From assembly GCA_951406725.2 (NCBI GenBank), contig OX597841.1, forward strand, positions 13,702,001 to 13,766,000: DNA of 64,000 nt. Reading direction: 5' to 3'. The DNA comes from Octopus vulgaris. Its lineage: Eukaryota. The notes under the pieces were generated by a model, which worked only from the letters and a program-made list of their open reading frames with translations, did not search any database and had not been told where the DNA came from. Position numbers and translations under genes: made by a program. The first letter of the stretch is position 1. Each line of letters opens with the position of its first letter. This document shows, in pieces, positions 52,989 to 64,000 of this stretch.

Positions 52989-53444
52989 TGCTCCATATAC
53001 ATACATATATATATATACATACATTTTGAAGTGGGCAAATAACATCATGACTGCCCAAACTCAAGATCTTTAATGAGACACCACTTTCTGTATGAATGTA
53101 CCTGGTGTGACCCAGAGTGTAAGATTGATGCAGCATAGAATGGTGCCCAGCATCCTTCCCATAAGGGACAGTCGTAGGATGGGTCAAAATGATTGTCGTA
53201 CAAAATAAAGGGTTAGACCAACTCCATCTTCTGTTTACTTACCTGATTATTATACAAACATACATACATAATAGGCGCAGGAGTGGCTGTGTGGTAAGTA
53301 GCTTGCTTACCAACCACATGGTTCCGGGTTCAGTCCCACTGCGTGGCATCTTGGGCAAGTGTCTTCTACTATAGCCTCGTGCCGACCAAAGCCTTGTGAG
53401 TGGATTTGGTAGACGGAAACTGAAAGAAGCCTGTCGTATATATG

Positions 53445-53481
<37 letters not shown>

Positions 53482-53754
53482 TTGTGTGTCTGTGTTTGTC
53501 CCCCTAGCGTTGCTTGACAACCGATGCTGGTGTGTTTACGTCCCCGTTACTTAGCGGTTCGGCAAAAGAGACCGATAGAATAAGTACTGGGCTTACAAAA
53601 GAAAAAGTCCTGGGGTCGAGTTGCTCGATTAAAGGCGGTGCTCCAGCATGGCCCCAGTCAAATGACTGAAACAAGTAAAAGAGTAAAAGAGTAATACATG
53701 CACACATACATACATACATACATACATACATACATACATACAGAGCCACTTATA

Positions 53755-54135
53755 ATAAAAAGGAATACTGATGGAATGTTCCAGTGAAGACCTGACTAAA
53801 AGGTAAGCACAACAGACCTGATATTGTGATTTGGGATAGAGAAGAGAAACTGTGCACAGTTGGGGAAATTAGCTGCCCAGCGGATATTAACATAAAGCTG
53901 AAGATGCGGAACTATTGAGAGTTCTGCAATTAATCTATCCAGGTTATAAGTTCAGGTTTATACCTGTAATTAGCGGGACCCTGGGATATGTAACACACTG
54001 CGTAAACACCAGTCTTGAGAAATTAGGCTTCTCAAAACCAGAAAGGAGAAAGCTAATTCGAAGACTACAGATCCAATCCATCACTGGAACTGTAAAAATC
54101 TGTAAAACTTTCCAGAAGTTTATCATTTAAATATA
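53755..54135 (+). mobile_element. R2/R4-group LINE 3' end with restriction-like endonuclease (PD-D/E) remnant
   Basis: HNRPDIVIWDREEKLCTVGEISCPADINIK...FIPVISGTLG...IQSITGTVKICKTF. Confidence 0.8.
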
Positions 54136-54897
54136 TACGGGCATGTCTAGATATGTAGCTATATGCATGAGAAGACATACATATCTCTGACAGCTACAAG
54201 ACTAGTCTTGTTTCTTTCACTTCAGAATTTGTCAAAGAGACTCTTTGAAAAATTCTACAATGAAGAAAATGGCCTGTGTCAGGTAAGAGTGAACAGGTAA
54301 GAAAATATAGTTTATGACAATGTCTTTAGATGGAGACATACAATTATCTAGCTGGCTGTCTGCCTGTCTGTCTGTCTGCCTGATTGATAGTCTATCTGTC
54401 TGTCTGTCTGTCAGCATGCATGTATGTATCTATCTACCTATCTATCTGTATGTACATATGTATGCATGCATCTGTCCATCTGTCTGTCTCTTTATCTATC
54501 CCTCCCTCCCTCCCTCCCTCCATCCACCCACCCATCCATCTATCTATTTATCTATTTATCTATCAATCTATTCATCCATCCATCCATCCATCCGTGTGTC
54601 TGTCTGTCTGTCTATCTATCAAAATCAGCCGTGACGGAATTTGAACTCAGAAAGTAAGGTTGGACAAAATGCCGCTAAGCATTTTGCCCAGTGTGCTAAT
54701 GATTCTGCCATCTTACCACCTAAGTGGCTGTGTGGTAAGAAGCTTGCTTCCCAACCATATAGTTCTGGGTTCAGTCCCACTGCGTGGCACCTTGGGCAAG
54801 TGTCTTCTACGATAGCCTCAAGCTGACCAATTCCTTGTGAGTGGATTTGGTAGACGGAAACTGAAAGAAGCCTGTTGTATATGTGTATATATGTATG

Positions 54898-54932
<35 letters not shown>

Positions 54933-55002
54933 ATATTTATTTTTATTTTATTTATTTTATCTAGTTTCAGCTCACGAGCTGTGGCCATGCTGGGGCACCG
55001 CC

Positions 55003-55069
<67 letters not shown>

Positions 55070-55696
55070 TTTGAGTGTTTGTGTCTGTGTTTGTCTCCCC
55101 ACCTTCACTTGACAACCGATGTTGGTGTGTTTATGTCCCAGTCACTTAATGGTTCAGCAAAAAGAGACCGATAGAATAAATACTAGGCTTACAAAGAATA
55201 AGTCCTGGGGGTCGATTTGTTTGACTAAAAGGCGGTGCTTCAGCATGGCCGCAGTCAAATGACAGAAACAAATGAAAGAATAAAGTGTATTTAATGTAAA
55301 AAAAAAAGCAAAAACAACAAAAGACAATGAAAAGCAAAATGGCCAGAAGACTGTGAGGAAGGAAAGTGGTGATGTTGATCTTGGAGTATTTAAAAATCTG
55401 GTGTTGTTGGTAATAGAAGGCAACGTCTATTGAGAGAGAGAGTGAAACACCTACGAGTTTAATTGATTTTTAGATTCCATTGTTGTTGCTTCTGTCTGTA
55501 GAATTGGTCGACCGAATTAGAGGCGGCGGCAGAGTGTGTGTGTGTGTGTATGTGAGTGTGTGTATATGTATATATGTGTGTGTGTGTGTGTGTGAGTGTG
55601 TGTATATATGTGTGTGTGTGTGAGTGTGTGTGTGTGTATATATGTGCGTGTGTGTGTGTATGCATGTGTGTGTGTGTATGTGTGTGTGTGAGTGTA

Positions 55697-55729
<33 letters not shown>

Positions 55730-55920
55730 GTGTGTGTGTGTGTGAGTGTGTGTGGGTGCGGACAGGGATGAGATTCGAGATGATGGTAAAACAACAAAGA
55801 AGAAATAAAAGTTGAAAAAAAAAACAATGAGAAGAATGGAAAACGACATGCGTGTGTGTGTGTGTGCGTGTGTGCGTGTATGCGTGTGTGTGCGTGCGTG
55901 TATGCGTGTGTGTGTGTGTA

Positions 55921-55951
<31 letters not shown>

Positions 55952-56039
55952 ATATATGTGTGTGTGTGTGTGTGTGTATGTGTGTGTATATGTGTGTGTG
56001 TGTGTATATATGTGCGTGTGTGTGTGTGTGTGTGTATGC

Positions 56040-56081
<42 letters not shown>

Positions 56082-56265
56082 ATGTGTGTGTGCGTTGTAT
56101 CATTGATGGCCTTTGGTGATATTGGTACTGGCATAGTAAGAAATGCATATGGAAATATCTGTCTGTCCGTCTGTCCATCCATCCATCCATATATTTATCT
56201 GTCTGTCTGACTGTCTTTCTGTCCGTCCGTCTGTCAGTCTGTCTGTCTATCTATCTATCTATCCA

Positions 56266-56331
<66 letters not shown>

Positions 56332-56336
56332 CATCC

Positions 56337-56372
<36 letters not shown>

Positions 56373-56377
56373 CTCTC

Positions 56378-56463
<86 letters not shown>

Positions 56464-57598
56464 CATCTGTCTGTCTGTCTGTCTATCTACCAATATACCT
56501 ATGTATACCCAGAACCATTTGGTTGGAGAGCAAGCCTCTTACCACATTGCCGTGCCAAAAGAATTACTGAAGAATTCCATTCTGACTAAAGGGCTGAGAG
56601 TCTCATGCACGCCATGAGAGCAAGACCAGGAGAGAGGTTGTCTGTTGATCATTTCCAATCTACCATGAAAACGTGTCTGGTCGTGGGGAAATATCGCCTT
56701 GCCTGGAAACAGGTGGCAGGACGGGCGTTTGGCTGTAGAAAGAAATTTGCCTCAATGAATACCACCAGGTACAGGCAACCAAGGACAAGTGGACAGTAAA
56801 ACAATGATGATGATGATGATGATGATGATGACAAGGATCACCATGCTGATGCTGACAACGATGGTGATGATGATGATGATGATGACAGCGATAACAATGG
56901 GAACAGCAATGACAACGACAATGATGATGATAATGATGATGATGATGGGATGATGGTGATGATGATGCTAATGATGATGATGATGAGGAGGAGGATGACA
57001 AGGATGATGATGATGACGACAACACAATGATTGCGATGCTAATGACGATGATGATGAGAAGGAGGAGGAGGAGGAGGATGACAAAGATAATGATGATAAT
57101 GATGATGACGACGACGACAAAGATGATGATGATGATGAGGATGATGACGATGACGATGATGATGACGATGACGACGACGATGACGATGATGATGATGATG
57201 ATGAAGATGACGACGACGATGACGATGATGACGACGCAATGATGGTGATGCTAATGATGATGATGATGATGATGATGATGACTGTGGCAATGACAATAAT
57301 CATGGCGGCGACAATGATAATGATGACACTGCTGCCGATGGTAATATTATGATGACTGTGACAACGATGATGATGATGATGATGAAGATGATATTAAATA
57401 AATATCCAATATTATAACAGTGAGTCAGTAGAAAATAAATAAATATACACGCACACATACATATGCACATACATATACACACATATATATACACACATAT
57501 ATATACACACATATACACACACATATGCACACATGCATATACACACACATATATATACACACATATACACACACATATGCACACATACATATACACAC

Positions 57599-57629
<31 letters not shown>

Positions 57630-58000
57630 TATGCACACATACATATACACACACATATATATACACACATACATATATACACACATATGCACACACATAT
57701 GCACACATACATATACACACATATCTGCACATATATACACACATATATACGTACACATATACATATACACACATACACACACATATGCACACATATATAT
57801 ACACACACATATATATACACACATATATATACACACATATGCACACATACATATACACACACATATATACACACATATACACACACATATGCACACACAC
57901 ATATATGCATATATATACACACATATATATGTACACATATACATATACACACATATACGCACATATATACACAAATATACACATGCAAAAACCCACACAC

Positions 58001-58035
<35 letters not shown>

Positions 58036-58108
58036 TATGCACACATACATACATACACACACATATATGAACATATATACACAAATATACATATGCAGAC
58101 ACACATAT

Positions 58109-58141
<33 letters not shown>

Positions 58142-58982
58142 CACACGCACACACATATATATATATACATGTGTCTATGTTGTATTTCCATCTACACTCG
58201 AAATAAAAACAGAATTTGTTTTTGTCTTTTTTCTCGCTGCAACAACAATAAATTAATTCTTAGAAAATGTGAAATTCGGAATCGATTTCGCAAGCAAAAA
58301 CGGAAGAACATTTGGTGTTTTTCCCGAAGACGTTCGTCTGGTTCCGAGGTTTGTTTGACTGGAATGGAAACGAGAAGAAGAAGAAGGAGGAAGACGGAGG
58401 AAGACGACGGAGGGAAGCTGGGATGGAAGTGCGGAGCAGAAGAGAGGACGTTACAATGAGGGTGGTGGTGGTGGTGGTGGTAATGGTGGTGGTGGTGGTG
58501 CTGGTGGTAGTGGTGGTGGTGGTGGTAGTTGAGGTAGTGGAGGTGGTAGTAGTGGTAGTGGTGGTGCTGGTGCTGGTGATAGTGTGGGGGGTAGTGGTGG
58601 TGGTGGTGGTAGTAGTGGTGGTAGTAGTGGTAGTGGTGGTGCTGGTGGTAGTGGTGATGGTGGTGGTAGTAGTTGAGGCATGGAGGGTGGTGGTGGTGGT
58701 AGTGGTGGTGGTGGTGGTGATGGTGGTAGTGGTGGTGGTGGTGGTAGTGGTGGCGATGGTGGTAGTAGTAGTTGAGGTAGTGGGGATGGTAGTAGTGGTG
58801 GTAGTAGTGGTGGTGGTAGTGGTGGTGATGGTGGCAGTGGTGGTGGTGGGGATGGTATTGGTGGTGGTAGTGGTGGTGATAGTGGTTGGGGTAGTAGTGG
58901 TGGTGGTGGTGTTGGTAGTGGTGCTGATGATGATGATGTTTTGGCTCATATACATGGGAGTGTACATGTGTGTATGTATGTA

Positions 58983-59023
<41 letters not shown>

Positions 59024-61706
59024 GGAGTGGTTGGCGTTAGGAAGGGCATCCAGCCGTAGAAACACTGCCAGATCTGACTGGGCCTGACGAAGCCTTCCAG
59101 CTTCACAGACCCCAGTTGAACCGTCCAACCCATGCTAGCATGGAGAACGGACGCTAAATGATGATGATGATGATGATGATGATATATACTAACACACATA
59201 CATACAGATACACTCACGCACACATGTACACACATATATACACAAGTATGCATGCGTGTTTATGATTGTGTGACTGTGTGCATGTGAGTATATGTAAATA
59301 TACGCACACGTACACCCATTGCCACACACCCTTTGAACGACTTTGATTTATGGACATATAAACCAAAACAATACCTGAATGCCGTGTCCGGACCCAAACA
59401 CCATAAAAATGTCAAGCCAGACACACATACTGTCTTCAATTTATTCCTTGGTATATACCGATAATTTAGTTACTGTTTTTGTTGGTGTTACTACTGTAAA
59501 CCAAAGCTCTTCTTTTCTTCCTTTTCTTAAATATACACATGTATGTATATGCATGTGTGCGAGTGTAAATGGGTATTTGTGTGGTGCATGTATGTGTATA
59601 TCTGTTACTGTTCTTCCCCTTTTTATTCTCGTCTTAAATTTGTTCCCTTAGTTTCTATTCTATCACTTTCTATTCTGTCTGTTATTCCACCTTGTTACCA
59701 CGTAATATGCATGACTAGAAGATATAAGGACGTGCAATAAACATAAGATTGCATATAATTTGTCTGGCTGTCAATACTGAGGAAGTGTGCTGATAAGTTG
59801 CGTAAACGTGGTAATTGGCTTCTAGAAACATGCATATGTTATATGAAGCTGAAAAATGCAAATTACATTTTCTGAACTTCCCACACACACATACACATGC
59901 ATGCACTCATGCCTGCATGCACATAGACACACACACATAAACGAACACACACATGTAGTGAGAGAGAGTTATTTGTGATTTAATCAACTACATGTTTCAT
60001 TAAGAATGGTTTACCTCAAAATGCTGCAATGTGTCAATTATGCATAATTTGATCAACCCCATATTTAATCAATTCAATTTTTGATCTTTAGAATGCGACA
60101 GGGATTCAAAACCATCCAACTCACTCACTCTGTCCAATCCTCCGTATCACTTCATCTATAGTTACCTGCCTCTAACTCAACAAAACTTCACCATCATTTT
60201 CTCCCTCTTTCTCCTCTCCTTTATCTTTCCCAACTGGTTTAGGCGCAGGAGTGGCTGTGTGGTAAGTAGCTTGCTTACGAACCACATGGTTCCGGGTTCA
60301 GTTCCACTGCGTGGCACCTTGGGCAAGTGTCTTTTACTATAGCCTCGGGCCGACCAAAGCCTTGTGAGTGGATTTGGTAGATGGAAACTGAAAGAAGCCC
60401 ATCACATATATGTATATATATATATATATGTTTGTGTGTCTGTGTTTGTCCACCCAACATTGCTTGACAACTGATGGTAATGTGTTTGTGTCCCCGTAAC
60501 TTAGCGGTTCAGCAAAAGAGACCGATAGAATAAGTACTAGGCTTACAAAGAATAAGTCCTGGGGTCAATTTGCTCGACTAAAAGGCGGTGCTCCAGCATG
60601 GCCACAGTCAAATGACTGAAAGAAGTAAAAGAGTAAAAGAGTATCTCCTCAACAGCAACACACCTATTCGTGCCCCTGCTTTGATACTTTTACCTCTCAT
60701 CACCTGGTTCAAATACACCTTTCTTAATACAATCCCCAATTCTTCAGGTGAGGTGGGCTCTTGTCTTGAATCTTCCTTGGTGACCTCTTTGGTGTCAGAA
60801 CCACATAAATATCCCCCGATACGCTCTCTAAAGTGGTGGGCATCAAGAAGGGCATCCAGCTTATAGAAATCATACCAAAGTAGAGCTGGCAGAATCGTTA
60901 GCACACCAGGCAAAATGCTTAGTGGTATTTTGTCTGTCTTTACGTTCTGAGTTCAAATTTCGCCATGGTCGACTTTGCTTTTCATCCTTTTGGGATTGAT
61001 AACTTAAGTACCAGTTGTGTACTGGGGTCGATCTAATCGATTGACCCCCACCCACCCCAAAAGATTTTGGGCATTGTGCCTAGAATAGAAAAGAATCCCC
61101 TGGCTCATCCAATCCTTTTGAGTCATTGTATTGATGACAGGATGGAAAAACTTTTCTATTATAGGCACAAGGCCTGAAAGTTTGGGGGAGGGGGCCAGTC
61201 AATTACATCAGCCCCAGAATTTAACTGGTACTTAATTTATCGACCCCAAAAGGATGAAAGGCAAAGTCGACCTCAGTGGAATTTGAACTCAGAACATAAA
61301 GACAGACGAAATACCGCTAAGCATTTCGCCCGGCATGCTAATGTTTCTGCCGGCTCCCCCTGCCTTTAAAGAATAAATATTGTTTTCTACCCTAGGCACA
61401 AGGCCCCAAATTTTGGGGGAAGGAGCCAGTTGATTATGTTGACCCCAATATGCAACTGGTACTTAATTTATCGACCCCGAAAGGATGAAAGGCAAAAGTC
61501 AACCTCGGTGGAATTTGAACACAGAACGTAAGGGCAGACGAAATACCGCCAAGTATTTCGTCCAGCGTGTTAACGACTCTGACGGAAAAACCGTCAATAA
61601 ATGGTGAAAATTCTTGAAATGGAATCTGCTGACTTTCATGGAAGATTTCGCTTTTGAATGGAACATTGAATTCTTGTATTTATTGAAAATTAATTTTCTT
61701 AAACAC

Positions 61707-61746
<40 letters not shown>

Positions 61747-62093
61747 CAAGACAAAGCCAAACACTTCATTAATTATGTTTTTGTCGTTTTGGTCTCTCGG
61801 CGCCATTGATTAATTCTGTGGTCAGAGATTGTTTTCCTTCTCTGTTGGCATTGTTATTGGAAATTAGCATTGTCGTTGGCGCTGCAGTCTTCATCATCAT
61901 CGTCGTCACCATCATCCCCCTCCTCCTCCTCATCATCATCATCATCATCATCGTCGTCACCAACCTCCTCCTCCTCCTCCTCCTCATCATCATCATTGCA
62001 ATTGCCATCATCATCATCTTCATCATTGTCATTGTCGTCATCATCATCGTCATCCTCATCATCATCATCATCATCATCATCATCGTCATCCTC

Positions 62094-62125
<32 letters not shown>

Positions 62126-62678
62126 CATCATCATCGTCATCCTCATCGTCGTCATCGTCATCATCGTCATCATCATCATCATCATTAACATGGTGGTCGT
62201 GGTCCTCGCCGTTGTTATTGTTGTTTTAATGCCCACTAATCTATGTCTGTGTGCATCTGACAAAGCTTATGTTCAGACAGAGTTTTCTGCGACTGGATGC
62301 TCTCCCTGACACCGACCCTAACCTTTGACTTGAAGCAAAGTAATAACCACCCAGGCTCAGTCTGTTGTACAACCAACAGCCTGGGCATGATAATTTTTGA
62401 TGCACTCAATACCTTACGAATGGAAACAAACGGTGCCGTATGAACGAACCTTTTGTTTACAAAGATCAGACAACAATGTCATGCCAGGCCGAGAAACCAA
62501 AATCTAAGCTGCATGCACCTTATCCTATCTATATGAGCATCAAGGCCTTTGTTTACAGTCAGGGAACACACATGATGGTCGGGGTGGGGGGGGGCAATAC
62601 AAACTCTTTCCCACAAACACACATATATACACATATATAAACTGAGTTTTTGAAGTTATTTATACTTATTTATTCATA

Positions 62679-63106
62679 GGCGCAGGAGTGGCTGTGTGGT
62701 AAGTAGCTTTCTTACCAACCACATGGTTCCGGGTTCAGTCCCACTGCGTAGCACCTTGGGCAAGTGTCTTCTGCTATAGCCCCGGGCCGACCAAAGCCTT
62801 GTGAGTGGATTTGGTAGACGGAAACTGAAAGAAGCCTGTCGTATATATGTATATATATGTATATATATATGTATGTGTGTGTGTTTGTGTGTGTATTTGT
62901 GTGTGTGTGTTTGTCCCCCTAGCATTGCTTGACAACCGATGCTGGTGTGTTTACGTCCCCGTCACTTAGCGGTTCGGCAAAAGAGACCGATAGAATAAGT
63001 ACTGGGCTTACAAAGAATAAGTCCCGGGGTCGAGTTGCTCGACTAAAGGCGGTGCTCCAGCATGGCCACAGTCAAATGACTGAAACAAGTAAAAGAGTAA
63101 AAGAGT
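62679..63106 (+). mobile_element. SINE family A with a 39-bp flanking duplication
   Basis: atatatacacatatataaactgagtttttgaagttattt at 62623-62661 and 63107-63145. Confidence 0.9.
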
Positions 63107-64000
63107 ATATATACACATATATAAACTGAGTTTTTGAAGTTATTTCTACAGATGGTCTATAGAATTTAGAGCCAGCACTGACAGTTACGATATTTGGTAT
63201 AGGAACCATCATCAGGTTCTCACCTGTACTAATGACCTTGATTGGCCTCCGCAGGGAGCTGTGGAGGTTGTGTGGGATACCAATTTGTAAAAGGTGATGA
63301 ACTCCTTCCCCAAAGACACGTCTCGATTCCTGCTGAAGCACCCCGACCTAGTCCCACCAAGGTGCTTGAGTGAAGCATTGAGCCTGGTCGGGTGCCGGTG
63401 GGGCGGAAAATAATGGAAAAAATTAAGAGGCTTTTAGTGCCTCGTACTGTGGGGGCATATGGATAATTTATGAAAAATAGGCATGGCTGCGTGGTTAGGG
63501 AGCTTGCTTTCTAGTTACATGGTTCCAGGTTCAGTCCCATTGTGTGGCATCTTGACCAACTGTCTTCTACCACAAGGCCAACCAAAACCTTGTGAGTGGA
63601 TTTGGTAGACAGAAACTGAAAGAAGCCTGTCATATATTTATATATATCTATTTTTATATATATATATCTATTTTTTATATATTTATATATATCTATTTTT
63701 ATTTCCCGTAACTTAGCGGTTCGGCAAAAGAGACCGATAGAATAAGTACTAGGCTTACAAAAAATAAGTCCTGGGGTCGATTTGTTTGACTAAAGGCGGT
63801 GCCCCAGCATGGTCACAGTCAAAATGACTGAAACAAGTAAAAGAGTATGTATGTACTTATATATGTATATATATATATGGGCATGGCTGTGTGGTTAGGG
63901 AGCTTGCTTCCTAGCTACATGGTTTCGGGTTCAGTCCCACTGCGTGGCACTTTGGCTAGGTGTCTTCCACTATAGCCCCGAGCTGACCAAAGCTTTGTGA

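Noticed and set aside
63140-63420. GC-richer unique stretch as a possible coding exon
   Set aside because: No recognisable protein motif or convincing splice-site pair in the frames examined.

Overview
Eukaryotic, repeat-dense DNA, very probably an octopus (coleoid cephalopod). This is inferred from extreme (TA)n/(CA)n/(TCTA)n/(GAT)n microsatellite loads and dense tRNA-derived SINEs resembling described Octopus families. The one clear host gene is a complete fumarylacetoacetase (FAH) on the + strand. It has 13 coding exons at 1027-25281 (1260 nt, 419 aa), all GT-AG introns, and intact catalytic/metal-binding motifs. The rest is SINEs, LINE remnants (RTE, CR1-like, R4/Dong-like), a Penelope-like GIY-YIG remnant, mariner/piggyBac-like fragments, MITEs, minisatellites and fold-back palindromes. 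Nearly all ORFs in the supplied track are microsatellite or SINE artefacts. Most notable observations: (1) an in-frame upstream ATG adding a mitochondrial-presequence-like 22 aa to FAH; (2) SINEs flanked by unusually long duplications (33-100 bp); (3) a GG-ended, 9-bp-TSD MITE carrying TTAGGG-like repeats; (4) a degenerate minimal hammerhead-ribozyme motif and several long hairpins inside (TA)n tracts; (5) a 26-bp minisatellite grown out of a retroposon. I found no convincing multi-gene novel system and no CRISPR array. Repeat family names come from motif recall, not database searches.
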